DNA from: Nostoc sp.
Lineage (GTDB): Bacteria; Cyanobacteriota; Cyanobacteriia; Cyanobacteriales; Nostocaceae
Direction: 5' to 3'
Assembly: GCA_036918135.1 (NCBI GenBank)
Contig: JBALDB010000065.1
Span: 63,609-127,608, forward strand
Length of the DNA: 64,000 nucleotides
Below are positions 10,869-21,778 of the stretch, in pieces. The position numbers and the translations under genes were made by a program. The stretch's first letter is position 1. Each line of letters opens with the position of its first letter. The notes beneath the pieces are model-generated. The model saw only the letters and a program-made list of their open reading frames with translations, did not search any database and was not told where the DNA came from.

Positions 10869-11972
10869 CTAAAATTTCCAATTAGAATGATATACACCAC
10901 TTTGATTAATAATTTGCTCAACTTTACTAAAAAATGCATTTTCAGAAAAGTTTGTAACTGCATGATTACGAATGCGATCGTAATCCCAAGAAATTCCCTT
11001 AGCCTCTAGTAATGCAACTTGCAAAGATTCAGGTGTTTGTCTTTTGAAAAAGACTCCTGTTTCACCAGGAATTTGAGTATCTAATACTCCACCTGCTCCA
11101 TAGGCAATAACTGGTGTGCCGCTAGCATTAGCCTCTACTGGAACTAATCCATAGTCTTCTAAAGCTGCTACGATAATCGACTTGGCTTTAGAAAATAAGT
11201 CTTTGCGTGTTTTATCACTTACGTGTCCCAAAAACTGAATATTTTGTAAGGCTTTGGATTTTAAGCGTTCTAGCTCTGGGCCATCACCTGATATTAACAG
11301 TTGCCAGCCTAGCCAATTAAAAGCTTCGACTATAATATCAAGACGCTTATAGCTAATCATCCGAGCAGAGGCGAGATAATATTCATCTTTAATATTAGAA
11401 AAAACAAATTTACTCGTATCAATTGGATAGTTAACCATCATTGCCTGTTTGCTATAAATATTTTCAATCCGGCGGGCAACAACACTAGAATTAGCAATAT
11501 AAAGGTCAGGCTCCTGTGCATATTTAAGGTCTACCTTTCTCATAATTTGGAATACTTGCTCGATTAAAGGAGCAAAATATTTATAATCTCTATACTCCTT
11601 TAAATAAGTTGCGGTATCCCATAAGAAACGAGTAACATTATGACAAAAGCAAATGTGGCGTGCATTGGGATTTTTTCGCACTGCTTTAGCGAAGCTAGTG
11701 CTACTACTAATAATCAAATCGTAGTCCTGTAAATCTAAGGCACGAAAAGCAGGAAAGTATAAAGGAGCCATTGACCTAAAATACTTTGCTGCACAGGGAA
11801 TTTTTTGTAAGAAAGTTGTGTTGACTATGCGATCGCCTAAATCGATAGTTTTTTGCGGATCGTACACAGATGTGAAAATGTCTGCTTCGGGATAACGCTT
11901 ACAAAGCAGTTCAAATACACGCTCTGCCCCACCCCGCTGGGTTAAATAATCGTGGACTAGAGCAATTTTCAT
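10869..11972 (-). CDS. Glycosyltransferase family 4
   Basis: True start MKIALVHDYLTQRGGAERV at 11972; EDYGLVPVEANASG. The longer ORF start is intergenic repeat. Confidence 0.92.
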   Translation of the reverse strand: MKIALVHDYLTQRGGAERVFELLCKRYPEADIFTSVYDPQKTIDLGDRIVNTTFLQKIPCAAKYFRSMAPLYFPAFRALDLQDYDLIISSSTSFAKAVRKNPNARHICFCHNVTRFLWDTATYLKEYRDYKYFAPLIEQVFQIMRKVDLKYAQEPDLYIANSSVVARRIENIYSKQAMMVNYPIDTSKFVFSNIKDEYYLASARMISYKRLDIIVEAFNWLGWQLLISGDGPELERLKSKALQNIQFLGHVSDKTRKDLFSKAKSIIVAALEDYGLVPVEANASGTPVIAYGAGGVLDTQIPGETGVFFKRQTPESLQVALLEAKGISWDYDRIRNHAVTNFSENAFFSKVEQIINQSGVYHSNWKF

Positions 11973-11984
11973 GAATTTTAACAA

Positions 11985-12178
11985 AATGGAGAATGGGGCA
12001 TGGGGCATCAGGCAAACAGGGAGTGTGGGAGGTGTAGGAGGATGGGGAAGAAATGCAGGCGTGGGAGGAAAAGGAGGTGTGGGAAGTGTGGGAGGATGGG
12101 GAAGAAATCTTGCCCCCCTCTCTCCCCACACTCCCCACACTCCCCCATCTCCTCATCTCCCTATTTCCCTCATCCCTG
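11985..12178. repeat. Intergenic G/A-rich short tandem repeats (TGGGGCA and GTGTGGGAR units) with a complementary C/T-rich arm
   Basis: tggggca x2, gtgtggga(a/g) repeats, then tccccacac repeats; Nostoc STRR-like. Confidence 0.75.
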
Positions 12179-12195
12179 CAAAATACGAAACCCTA

Positions 12196-13509
12196 TTACC
12201 CAACTGTTGCTAGAATTTTTTCTGGGGCGAAATAGCTATTTTGTTCGGCTCGTAGTTGGTCGCAAAGTCTGCCTTCAGGTAATTCTACATCCTTGTATGT
12301 GAGGACTCGATCCTTAGAAATGTCTCGTTTGAGTCGACATCCTTCGGCTAAACCGATTGGTAGGAGATTTTGCTGTTGGACGATATCAGAATTCTCGCAT
12401 TGTCCGTAGGTCATGTAGTAACCGATGCCATCCAGGGTTTCTCCAGCTTTGAGGTCGATTTTGGCGGTGGTGACAACATCTACTAAGGGGCCTGCTAGGG
12501 GAGACATGACTGCATCGCCGAACAAAACTACACGCCCTACGGATAAGGGAACTTCAAAATGACAGAGGTGATAAGGAGTGTAGAAGCTGTAAAGAGGGCC
12601 TTCGCCTAATTTGTATAAGTTCAGATAGTGCCGTTGTTTGGGGTCGTCGTGAGTGGCAAATACATATACGCCAGGGCCGGGTTTGGCTCCAACTACATAA
12701 TCGACGATACCACCCAGTTGTTTGAGTTGTTCAACATCATATATTTGGGTCATTTCATCGACGTAGCCGTTGAAGTCATATCCGAGCATTCCGCGTTTGG
12801 CGACTTTCATGCCTGTGGCATTAGCAACGATCGCTTGCTCAAAGGAGATTTTGGTTCCATCGGCAAAGCTAGCCACCATGTGAGGCTTTTGACCCCAACG
12901 TTTAGCAAATCCTTCCTGGGTGGTGGGATTGCGATAGGGGTCTTGAAGTCCTTTAATGTTACCGCACAATAGTGGAGTTAAACCAATGCTTTTGACAAAT
13001 CGGTAGAGGTTCATTTGCACCCCTGGCTGATCGCCATCACAAGCGCTGAGGATAACACCTGCTCTGTCAGCATAAACTTTCAGGATGGGGCCAATGGTGC
13101 CGTCGAGTTCGGCATTCATCATAATCACATGTTTGCAATGGGCAATTGCTTCCATGACGATTTGAGCGCCAAATTCGATCGCACCTGTGACTTCGATGAG
13201 TGCATCGATACTCTCGGCACGACACAGTAACTTAGCGTCTTCTGTGACTGCATATTTACCCTTGGCGATCGCATCTTCTAATTCGCCAACAGTTGCAACA
13301 ACTTGAATATCTTCAATTCCTGCTTCTGAATAAGCTTGTTTAGCTGCATCAATCTGACGATTGAAGATAGCAACTAACTTTATTCCTGGGACTGAATTGA
13401 CAATTTGGTTGGCAATTCCTCGACCCATAAAACCAGCACCAATCATCCCGACTTTGATGGGATTGCCTGCTGCTGCTCTAGCTTGTAAGGCGCGATCGAT
13501 AATAATCAT
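12196..13509 (-). CDS. NAD(P)-dependent oxidoreductase with C-terminal SAF domain (homoserine dehydrogenase-like)
   Basis: GMIGAGFMG Rossmann motif, GDQPG, DGTK, AKIDLKAGETLDGIG SAF motif. Confidence 0.88.
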   Translation of the reverse strand: MIIIDRALQARAAAGNPIKVGMIGAGFMGRGIANQIVNSVPGIKLVAIFNRQIDAAKQAYSEAGIEDIQVVATVGELEDAIAKGKYAVTEDAKLLCRAESIDALIEVTGAIEFGAQIVMEAIAHCKHVIMMNAELDGTIGPILKVYADRAGVILSACDGDQPGVQMNLYRFVKSIGLTPLLCGNIKGLQDPYRNPTTQEGFAKRWGQKPHMVASFADGTKISFEQAIVANATGMKVAKRGMLGYDFNGYVDEMTQIYDVEQLKQLGGIVDYVVGAKPGPGVYVFATHDDPKQRHYLNLYKLGEGPLYSFYTPYHLCHFEVPLSVGRVVLFGDAVMSPLAGPLVDVVTTAKIDLKAGETLDGIGYYMTYGQCENSDIVQQQNLLPIGLAEGCRLKRDISKDRVLTYKDVELPEGRLCDQLRAEQNSYFAPEKILATVG

Positions 13510-13751
13510 GAACTAAACTCCTTTATAGAACTGTTTGTTGTGTTACAAATTCCGAATAATTTTGCACTTAATAATTAGTTATAAATAGTTATTAAGTACA
13601 TTTTCAGAGTTAATTAGTATTAGCTATATCTTCCAGCAAGTAACTAGAAATTGCGGCTATATAGGCAAAACCAGCTTAGCTTTTGTTTCCCAGCTTCTGA
13701 GTCTGCATAGACATACTTAGTTTATATAACCGCGATTTTTATTCCTCAGGG

Positions 13752-14993
13752 CTAAGTTTTACTAACTAGTTGTTTGCTAGACTCGATGAAATAACTCTGT
13801 TTTTTAGATTTGTGGTCTTCGATGGTTTGTTGCACAGCATTTTTATATGCTTGAGCGAACTGTTCTTTGGTATGATTTGTTCTTGCGTATTCCCATGCCT
13901 TTCGAGACATAACTTTCAGGTCTTCTACAGGTAAATTAGAAATACTTCTAACTTTTGTTTTAATTTCTTCCAGGGAAAGGTTATCAAAAATTACACCAAA
14001 ATCACAAACATCTACACCAGATTCGTAGCTTAAAATTGGAATTAATCCTGCTTGCAAGCAACTGATTACTGCTCCAGATTGTCCTTCAGAAACCGAAGGA
14101 TAAACAAGTCCCAGACAGTTATTTGTTACCTCTATAAACTCAGGACTACTAACATCAATCCAACCATAAGTATGGATATTTTGCGTTTCGTAGAGTTCTC
14201 GATAGAAAGCCTGCTCAAATTCCTGGTCATTATTTATCGGGCCACAAACTGTTAAATGGTATTCTGGCATTTGAGCGAAGGCATCTAAAACCAAATCTAA
14301 CCCTTTGAGAACTAGAGCACTACCACCAAACCAGAGAAAATTTTTTCTGACTGCTGCAAAATCTTTCTTCTCAGGATAGGGATAAACAACAGGTGAAGAA
14401 ATAGGAATACGATACATCGGTTTGTTGGCATATTTGAATGTACCAACTGTAAAATCGTTGCCCAAAACTGTAGCACAATCAGCATATTCAATTCCCAAAT
14501 TAGGCATTTCAAATCGCTGTGGACGTAAGGTAATTCCTCTGCGCTGTTGGAGTTCTAGAAGCCTATTGCACTCAGCTGCATTGCGAAACACCATATTAGC
14601 AATGTCAACGTGAAAAATTTTGATGCAATCTTTATTCAGTATTGGCGCAAGTGCTTCCATCCGATGACGAATATCAATGAAAAATGCGTAATCTTTTTGA
14701 GGAACGAATTTATCATTGTGAAATTGGATGACATCAACGTTGTAGCGCAAATCTAAAAAAGTTTGGGCTATTTGCCTAACTTCCCAATACCAAGTATGGT
14801 CATTAGGCATTGGCTGACCTGGTTTTAATAAGAATGGCTCAATTCGATAAGAAAGGAGGACATTTCCTTGAGAAGGTTGTTTGGGTTTGAGGGAAACAAC
14901 TTGTAAGGTTTTGGCGTAATTGATGCGAGCTTGGATTTTTTTGGAGATAAAAGAGATGGTGTTGTTAATAGGAGATAGAATATTATTTGGCAT
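13752..14993 (-). CDS. Glycosyltransferase (GT4-like)
   Basis: KGLDLVLDAF, PSVSEGQSGAVISCLQAGLIP. Confidence 0.8.
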   Translation of the reverse strand: MPNNILSPINNTISFISKKIQARINYAKTLQVVSLKPKQPSQGNVLLSYRIEPFLLKPGQPMPNDHTWYWEVRQIAQTFLDLRYNVDVIQFHNDKFVPQKDYAFFIDIRHRMEALAPILNKDCIKIFHVDIANMVFRNAAECNRLLELQQRRGITLRPQRFEMPNLGIEYADCATVLGNDFTVGTFKYANKPMYRIPISSPVVYPYPEKKDFAAVRKNFLWFGGSALVLKGLDLVLDAFAQMPEYHLTVCGPINNDQEFEQAFYRELYETQNIHTYGWIDVSSPEFIEVTNNCLGLVYPSVSEGQSGAVISCLQAGLIPILSYESGVDVCDFGVIFDNLSLEEIKTKVRSISNLPVEDLKVMSRKAWEYARTNHTKEQFAQAYKNAVQQTIEDHKSKKQSYFIESSKQLVSKT

Positions 14994-15108
14994 TTATTTC
15001 TACCTTGATTAATTTTTTTACCTCATGCAGAGGAGCCACTACGCCCTTGCGGTTCCCCGACTTAAAGCAAGTGGCGTCGCGCAAAGGCGCAGAGAGGAAG
15101 AAGTGAGA

Positions 15109-15666
15109 TTATCTGGAAGTTGTGCCGCCGACGGTCATCATTCTTAATAGTGGCCAATTTAAATCTTTTTCGGAGATTTCAGTAACATCTAGAGGCCAAT
15201 TAATATTAAAAAATGAGTCATCATAGCGTAGACCTTTCTCATATCCAGGTGTGTAAAATTCTCCTACTTGATATATAACTTCGGTTTCATCTGTGAGTGC
15301 TTGATAACCGTGGGCAAACATTTCTGGAACATACAAGGCGCGGCGGTTTTCTGGAGTCAGTTCTACGCCGATGTGTGATAAAAAGCTAGGAGATTCCGGA
15401 CGCATATCAATAATTACGTCATAGATAGCGCCTTTAGTGCAACGAATTAATTTTGTTTCTGCTGCTGGCGAACTTTGATAGTGCATTCCCCGAATAGTGC
15501 CTTTTTTGTAGTTAAAAGACAAGTTACACTGGGCAACTGTCGGCTTCAAACCCCATGCTTCAAATTCTTGAGCGCAGAAAGTCCGGGCGAAAAAACCACG
15601 ACTATCTGGTTTTTCTTCTAAGTCAATGATGAATGCGTCTTTAAGTTCAGTTTCAGTAAAAATCAT
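15109..15666 (-). CDS. rfbC: dTDP-4-dehydrorhamnose 3,5-epimerase family protein
   Basis: DSRGFFAR, RGMHYQ, FAHGYQ, ISEKD. Confidence 0.92.
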   Translation of the reverse strand: MIFTETELKDAFIIDLEEKPDSRGFFARTFCAQEFEAWGLKPTVAQCNLSFNYKKGTIRGMHYQSSPAAETKLIRCTKGAIYDVIIDMRPESPSFLSHIGVELTPENRRALYVPEMFAHGYQALTDETEVIYQVGEFYTPGYEKGLRYDDSFFNINWPLDVTEISEKDLNWPLLRMMTVGGTTSR

Positions 15667-15728
15667 ATTGATTCCTCTAAGATAAATGTTGACTTACTCA
15701 CTCTCGTCTGTGCGCCTCTGCGTGAAAC

Positions 15729-16574
15729 CTAAGCTTTAACTTCATCTAACGCAGAATGTAACTCTACTCTGTGATAAGTATCATCCCAATATTGCGTACA
15801 AAGGTCTGGTCTTTCTGGAGGGTTAGCAGTATAACAAAAGAATAATGCCGACCGCTCTTCTGTGCGAACTGTGCCGTGATGTAAGGCATTTTTGGTGTCT
15901 ACAATAATTACTGTACCTGCTGGCCCTGGGCAGGATTTCCAAGCTGATTTCGGGATGATTGGTTTCACTTCTTCATCATCAATACCCATATAATTTGACT
16001 TGAAAAGTTTGTAGTAAAGCTGAATATATTTCCAACTGAATACAGGAGCTAAGGAACGAGGAATATATTCAAAGGGGCCAGTTTTATTTTCTACGTCAGT
16101 TAAATAAATAAAGATTTTGATAATCCGACGGTCTTCCGCGTCGCTATGCCATAATAGCGTTCCAAACTGATGTTTACTAGGAAAATCTTTCCGTAAATGT
16201 ACACCGTGAAAAGCAACAGGAAGACCAATATAATTTTCAATGATGTCGAGTAGCCTTTTCTCATTTCCCCAGGCAAAAAATTCTGGTAAACCTGTCACTG
16301 TATAAATTTGTGGCAATCTTTCATCTAGGTGGACATTGTTTGGATTTTCCATCTGAGACAATTGCTGATACGCAGCCTTGAGGAGTTGAGAGCTAGAGTT
16401 TAACCCTAAATCTACAAGGGTTGTGACATAAACACCATCTTTTTTGAGAGCATTTAGGATTTGGCGATCGCCTGCTTCTAATACTGGCAATTTTCTGCTA
16501 TGCTTCCAACGAGCTACATAGTATTCAAAATTAGAAGACAATGTAAATATTTTACGTTTAATTGCACTTAACAT
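15729..16574 (-). CDS. 2OG-Fe(II) oxygenase (PhyH-like)
   Basis: WHSD...GPFEYIP...HHG...R facial-triad pattern; ATG at 16574. Confidence 0.75.
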   Translation of the reverse strand: MLSAIKRKIFTLSSNFEYYVARWKHSRKLPVLEAGDRQILNALKKDGVYVTTLVDLGLNSSSQLLKAAYQQLSQMENPNNVHLDERLPQIYTVTGLPEFFAWGNEKRLLDIIENYIGLPVAFHGVHLRKDFPSKHQFGTLLWHSDAEDRRIIKIFIYLTDVENKTGPFEYIPRSLAPVFSWKYIQLYYKLFKSNYMGIDDEEVKPIIPKSAWKSCPGPAGTVIIVDTKNALHHGTVRTEERSALFFCYTANPPERPDLCTQYWDDTYHRVELHSALDEVKA

Positions 16575-16625
16575 GGTGTAAATACCTCCTAATTTTTGAT
16601 GTATGTTTATCAAACATTGACCAGT

Positions 16626-17633
16626 TTATGGCTCGTAACTCCGTATTTCTTGACTAGATATTTCACTTGATTCTGCTAATTTAAATTCTTTAGAAACCAT
16701 CACATCGAAAGCAGACAAGCTGATTAAAGCCAAAAATGGAATTACTGTTTTGATAGCAGACATCGGCCATCTTCTTAAAGCACCTAAGAAAACTTTCCAA
16801 TTGACTTCTTTACCGTTTTGTAAAAGCATCCGTCTACAAAACTGCTTAGAATATCCATTTTCTTGTAATTTTAAAATTACTTCTGGTATGTGTTTATATT
16901 GCATTAACAGTGCAGATTTTGGTTCTTTCTGCCAATAACTCACACCAACAACACATTCTAAATAAGTCTCCTTCGTGACAATCACACTACCATTGGCAGC
17001 ACAATATCCGGCTAAATATGCTAAAGATATCCAGTTGTTTTCAGCATTTTGCCAAATTTGTAAAGCGCGTTTCACTAAATCAGTGCGGTAGATTGTAGCC
17101 GTCAAAAAAATGACAGCACCGACACTTTTAGAAAAACAATGTTCAAATATGGCTTTACTATCACCATTACCATTTTCGCTATCTATATCAAACCAGCGGT
17201 TACCAATAATTGTGGGTGGATGAACTGGTTCATCAGTAACTTGATTGCGACCAGAAAAGTTGAGGAACAATAATGATAAATCTTCGTGTCCTCTAAGTTT
17301 ACCAATTACATAAGCAATGGCTCTATCCTGAACTGGGTCGTCATCACCAATTGTCCAAACATACTTTGTTGTTGCAGAATTTAGGCAATACATAATATTT
17401 TTAACTACGCCTAAATTCTTTGAGTTTTTATTTGATTTGAATACGATAGTGCTAAGTATTGATTGCCATTTTTGGATTACTTGCTGAGTATTGTCTGTTG
17501 AACAATTATCAGAAACTAAAATTTCACAGTCATCTTCAAAACCTTTGATAGCTTGAGCTAGCCATGCTAACTGTTTATCTAATAATTCAGCTCGATTATA
17601 AGTAGGAATAGCAATGGTTAGTAATTTAGGCAT
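16626..17633 (-). CDS. Glycosyltransferase family 2
   Basis: TIAIPTYNR, SDNCSTD, GDDD. Confidence 0.92.
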   Translation of the reverse strand: MPKLLTIAIPTYNRAELLDKQLAWLAQAIKGFEDDCEILVSDNCSTDNTQQVIQKWQSILSTIVFKSNKNSKNLGVVKNIMYCLNSATTKYVWTIGDDDPVQDRAIAYVIGKLRGHEDLSLLFLNFSGRNQVTDEPVHPPTIIGNRWFDIDSENGNGDSKAIFEHCFSKSVGAVIFLTATIYRTDLVKRALQIWQNAENNWISLAYLAGYCAANGSVIVTKETYLECVVGVSYWQKEPKSALLMQYKHIPEVILKLQENGYSKQFCRRMLLQNGKEVNWKVFLGALRRWPMSAIKTVIPFLALISLSAFDVMVSKEFKLAESSEISSQEIRSYEP

Positions 17634-17776
17634 ATGAGAGTCATGAAATTTATGAATAGATTATTGATGATTCAACTGCAATATTTTGATGGCAAATACG
17701 CCTTGAGATTACTTAATTATTAATTATTGTGAATATCAATAATAGTAATTAAAGGCGTTTTGCTTATATTTAGTAA

Positions 17777-19045
17777 TTACAATGCTATTAAAAGCCGATC
17801 GGGAACGTGACATGGATAAATTTTAACTTCCGGGATTGGCACTACAAATTGTCCACCCCATTCGCCAATAAATGCCATTTGTTCTATAATTTCCTCCTTG
17901 AGATTCCAAGGTAAAATTAAAAGATAATCTGGCTGAGTTTCACGAATTTTATCTGGATGGAAGATAGGAATATGAGTTCCAGGTAAAAACAAACCTTGCT
18001 TATAGGGATTGCAATCTACTGTGTAATTGATAAAATCTTTACCAATACCACAGTAATTGAGCAAAGTATTACCTTTAGCAGGTGCGCCATAACCAGCGAT
18101 TGATTTACCTTGGGCTTTAGCTGTTAAGATAAAACTTAATAACTTGTGCTTTGTTGCTTTAACTTTTTCTGCAAATGTGACGTAAGTTTCTATTCGATGT
18201 AGTCCAGCGGCAATTTCTTTTTCTTTGAGATGGCTAACTCGTTCGTTAATGCTAGGATGAAGGGCGTAGTCATGTTTAGCATAAATTCTCAATGAACCGC
18301 CATGAGTTGGTAATTCCTCTACATCAAAAAGTTGTAAGTTGTGTGCTGCAAAGATTTTTTCAATTGTCAGGAATGAGAAGTAAGAAAAATGCTCGTGATA
18401 AATAGTATCAAACTGATTTTGGGCAATGAGCTGCAAAATATGAGGAAACTCCATCGTCAAGATACCATTTGGTTTGAGGATGAGTTTCATGCCGGCAATG
18501 AAATCGTTTAGGTCTGGTACATGGGCTAAAACATTGTTACCTATCAACAGGTCAGCTAGTTTTCCTTGTATAACTAGTTCTTTAGCAGTTTTAATTCCAA
18601 AAAACTTATTAATACTAGGAATACCTCTATCTTGAGCAACCTTGGCTATATTGGCTGCTGGTTCTATTCCTAAAACAGGAATACCTTTCTCTAAAAAATA
18701 TTGCAGTAAGTAGCCATCATTACTAGCGATTTCAATAACTTGAGTATGATGATTAAAATTAAATTTTTCTACCATCATATCGCTGTAAACTTTAGCATGT
18801 CTTAGCCAACTTGCCGAATATGAAGAAAAGTAAGCATAGTCACTAAAAATTTTGTCTGGAGTTTCAAATTGTTCTAATTGAACTAAGAGAGTGTCTTCAG
18901 AGATATAAGCGTGCAGAGGATAAAATTTTTCGGCATTGTTTAGCTGTTCTGGTTTCAAATAAGCATTGGCTAAAGGAGACATTCCCAAATCAATAAAGGT
19001 TTGCTGTAAAGGTTGACCATTGAAACGACATTTAGCGATCGCCAT
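17777..19045 (-). CDS. SAM-dependent NDP-sugar C-methyltransferase
   Basis: DLGMSPLAN, EIASNDG, NVLAHVPD, DTIYHEH, HGGSLR, YGAPAKGNTLLN, LPWN. Confidence 0.88.
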   Translation of the reverse strand: MAIAKCRFNGQPLQQTFIDLGMSPLANAYLKPEQLNNAEKFYPLHAYISEDTLLVQLEQFETPDKIFSDYAYFSSYSASWLRHAKVYSDMMVEKFNFNHHTQVIEIASNDGYLLQYFLEKGIPVLGIEPAANIAKVAQDRGIPSINKFFGIKTAKELVIQGKLADLLIGNNVLAHVPDLNDFIAGMKLILKPNGILTMEFPHILQLIAQNQFDTIYHEHFSYFSFLTIEKIFAAHNLQLFDVEELPTHGGSLRIYAKHDYALHPSINERVSHLKEKEIAAGLHRIETYVTFAEKVKATKHKLLSFILTAKAQGKSIAGYGAPAKGNTLLNYCGIGKDFINYTVDCNPYKQGLFLPGTHIPIFHPDKIRETQPDYLLILPWNLKEEIIEQMAFIGEWGGQFVVPIPEVKIYPCHVPDRLLIAL

Positions 19046-19153
19046 AATTTCAAGCCCTATAAATAGTGAACAAATTGCTAGATGAAATAAGCCCGAATCA
19101 ATAATGTCTGATTCGGAAACTTAAATTTTTTGTTCGCTGCTAGACAACTCTAG

Positions 19154-20182
19154 CTACTTTTTATTCCAAAAAAAATCTTTGTCAATTTGCTGGGTACGAA
19201 TCAGATACTCTAGCTGTTTCAAACGGGTAAATCCTCGAAACAAGAAAGTATCTTCAGCCATATCTATTTGACTGAATAAATCAAATAGCTGTTCGGCACC
19301 AAGTCGAGCATTCCAATCACATTTAAATCCTGGTAGAACTGTGTTGATTTTCTCGAAGGATACCCGATAGCTGCGGTTATCTGTGCCATTGTTGCCAAAG
19401 AACAATTTACAATCTGGGAAAATATCAGCAATAATTTCAGCGATTTCTTTAACCCGGTAATTATTGGCTGTATCTCCTACATTGAAGATTTGGTTATGTA
19501 CAATGTCTCGTGGTGCTTCCAAGGCGCAGACTATTGCTTTGCAAATATCCAATGCGTGGACTAATGGCCGCCAAGGTGTACCATCACTGGTCATTTTGAT
19601 TTGTTTGCTAGTCCACGCTAAGCCTGCCAAGTTGTTTAAAACAATATCAAAGCGCATCCTGGGAGAAGCGCCAAAAGCAGTAGCATTCCGCATAAAGGTA
19701 GGTGAGAAGTCATCGTCAGCCAACGGTGCAACATCTGTTTCTACGAGAGTTTTACACTCTGCATAAGCTGTTTGGGGATTTACTGGCGATTCTTCTGTCA
19801 CATCGCCTTTGGTAGCAACACCGTAGACACTGCACGAAGACATATACACAAAACGGCGCACGCCCATAGCCTTAGCCAAGCTAGCCAGACGAACTGAACC
19901 TACATGATTGATTTCATAGGTAATATTCGGTGCTAATTGTCCGGCTGGGTCGTTAGAGAGTTCTGCCATGTGAACAATTGCTTCCACGCCTGACAAATCA
20001 TCAGGGGTGATGTTGCGGATGTCTTTATTCAGGGTTTTAGGTGTGACATCGCTACCGTTGTACAGCCAACCAACTTTATAGAAACCAGTATCTATACCAA
20101 TAACTTCATGTCCCCGTTCGATTAACAGAGGTGGCAATAATGAACCCAGATAGCCTTCTGTGCCAGTTACTAATATTTTCAT
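19154..20182 (-). CDS. NAD-dependent nucleotide-sugar epimerase/dehydratase
   Basis: VTGTEGYLG, SSCSVYG, YxxxK (YAECK). Confidence 0.9.
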   Translation of the reverse strand: MKILVTGTEGYLGSLLPPLLIERGHEVIGIDTGFYKVGWLYNGSDVTPKTLNKDIRNITPDDLSGVEAIVHMAELSNDPAGQLAPNITYEINHVGSVRLASLAKAMGVRRFVYMSSCSVYGVATKGDVTEESPVNPQTAYAECKTLVETDVAPLADDDFSPTFMRNATAFGASPRMRFDIVLNNLAGLAWTSKQIKMTSDGTPWRPLVHALDICKAIVCALEAPRDIVHNQIFNVGDTANNYRVKEIAEIIADIFPDCKLFFGNNGTDNRSYRVSFEKINTVLPGFKCDWNARLGAEQLFDLFSQIDMAEDTFLFRGFTRLKQLEYLIRTQQIDKDFFWNKK

Positions 20183-20480
20183 TGTGGTTAATGCCTTTGT
20201 ATTGAAGAGTTAATATTTGATTTTGTTTTCTGGGGATGCATAGCTATGCGCCCCTATAGCGCATTGCATCCAAAAGACAACCGCTATCTGACTAGCTTTA
20301 CAGTCATTACGTAGTTACTAAAATCCATTGCTGCCTTATCGATTAGGCAACAGCACTCTATAGCACTACTCTTTTTTCTTATGGGATGGGTGTCCTGAGA
20401 CAGCCAAGATGCCCAGACGACAAGATTCACCCTTGAATTTCAACAACGCCGTATCTTGAAAGTGCAAGCAGGTATAGTAT

Positions 20481-21695
20481 CTATGCAGTTACTACGCTAT
20501 CTAAATGCGAGAGTTGAGGAATTTGCGCCACAATGGCTTTGCCAATTTCTAAAGAAGAAGTAGCAGCAGGGGAAGGAGCATTGCAAACATGAATAGAGTT
20601 TTGACCGGAAACAATCAAAAAGTCATCTACAAGCTTGCCATCGTTCATTAAAGCTTGAGCGCGGACTCCTGCATGGGTGGGAACTAAATCTTCTGCTTGG
20701 ACTTCGGGAATTAGTTTTTGCAAACTTTTAACGAAAGCTGCTTTACTAAAGGAACGAATAATTTCTTGAATGCCTTCAGGCGCATGTTTAATTGACAATT
20801 TCCAAAAACCAGGGTAAGTAACCACTTCCAGAAAATCGCCTAAGTCAAAGTCAGTTTTTTTGTAACCTTCGCGTTTGAGCGACAAAACCGCGTTTGGCCC
20901 TGCATGAACGCTACCATCAATCATCCGGGTAAAGTGGACGCCCAAGAAGGGAAAATCTGGGTTGGGTACTGGATAAATTAGAGTCTTGACTAGATAGCGT
21001 TTTTCTGGTGTGAGTTCGTAATATTCTCCCCGGAATGGCACAATTTTGGCTTGGGGTTTAACTTGAGCTAATTTGGCAGTGCGATCGCTATGCAATCCAC
21101 TACAATTGATTACGAATCGGGTTTCAAAGCTACCCTTGTTCGTTTCTAGTACCTGATTTTTACTGCTTGGCGAGATTTTCAGTACTTTTGTATTTAGATG
21201 TAAATGTCCCCCCTGCTGTTGAATCAGCTGGGCATATTTCAAACAAACTTGCTTGTAATTAACAATACCAGTTGAAAATACCCGAATTCCACCTATACAA
21301 CTAACGTGAGGTTCAATTTCCTTGACTTCCTCAGGAGTGATTCTTTGGACTTCTATACCATTTTCTAAACCGCGTTGGTAAAGATTTTCTAGGCGTGGTA
21401 GCTCTTGTTCTTCAGTTGCAACAATTACTTTACCACAAATTTCATGGTCAATTCCATATTTTTCACAAAATTCTACCATTGAGCGAGAACCATCACGACA
21501 AAATTTCGCTTTGAAACTCCCTGGCTTGTAGTAAATACCAGAATGAATCACTCCGCTATTATTGCCGGTTTGGTGAAATGCCCATTGACTCTCTTTTTCT
21601 AGTACTAAAATACGTGCATTGGAATAGTATTTTCCTAAAGCCAGCGCTGTAGAGAGTCCAACTATTCCCCCACCTATAATTGCAAAATCATACAT
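20481..21695 (-). CDS. lhgO: L-2-hydroxyglutarate oxidase family flavoprotein
   Basis: GGGIVG, HQTGNNSGVIHSGIYY, PFRGEYY, NAPSPAATSSL. Confidence 0.88.
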   Translation of the reverse strand: MYDFAIIGGGIVGLSTALALGKYYSNARILVLEKESQWAFHQTGNNSGVIHSGIYYKPGSFKAKFCRDGSRSMVEFCEKYGIDHEICGKVIVATEEQELPRLENLYQRGLENGIEVQRITPEEVKEIEPHVSCIGGIRVFSTGIVNYKQVCLKYAQLIQQQGGHLHLNTKVLKISPSSKNQVLETNKGSFETRFVINCSGLHSDRTAKLAQVKPQAKIVPFRGEYYELTPEKRYLVKTLIYPVPNPDFPFLGVHFTRMIDGSVHAGPNAVLSLKREGYKKTDFDLGDFLEVVTYPGFWKLSIKHAPEGIQEIIRSFSKAAFVKSLQKLIPEVQAEDLVPTHAGVRAQALMNDGKLVDDFLIVSGQNSIHVCNAPSPAATSSLEIGKAIVAQIPQLSHLDSVVTA

Positions 21696-21733
21696 CAGTA
21701 TTATCGTAGTTAAAGTTACACTAAATCCATTAA

Positions 21734-21758
21734 GTCATTTGTCATTTGTCATTTGACT
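21734..21758. repeat. STRR2-like heptamer tandem repeat (GTCATTT x3)
   Basis: gtcatttgtcatttgtcatttg; a similar run lies at about 32257-32279. Confidence 0.7.
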
Positions 21759-21778
21759 TTTAATTTTAAACTCTCTTT

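Noticed and set aside
11911..12302. Cluster of short Gly/Pro/Arg-rich ORFs and the N-terminal extension of the GT4
   Set aside because: Translations of intergenic tandem repeats; the real GT4 starts at 11972.
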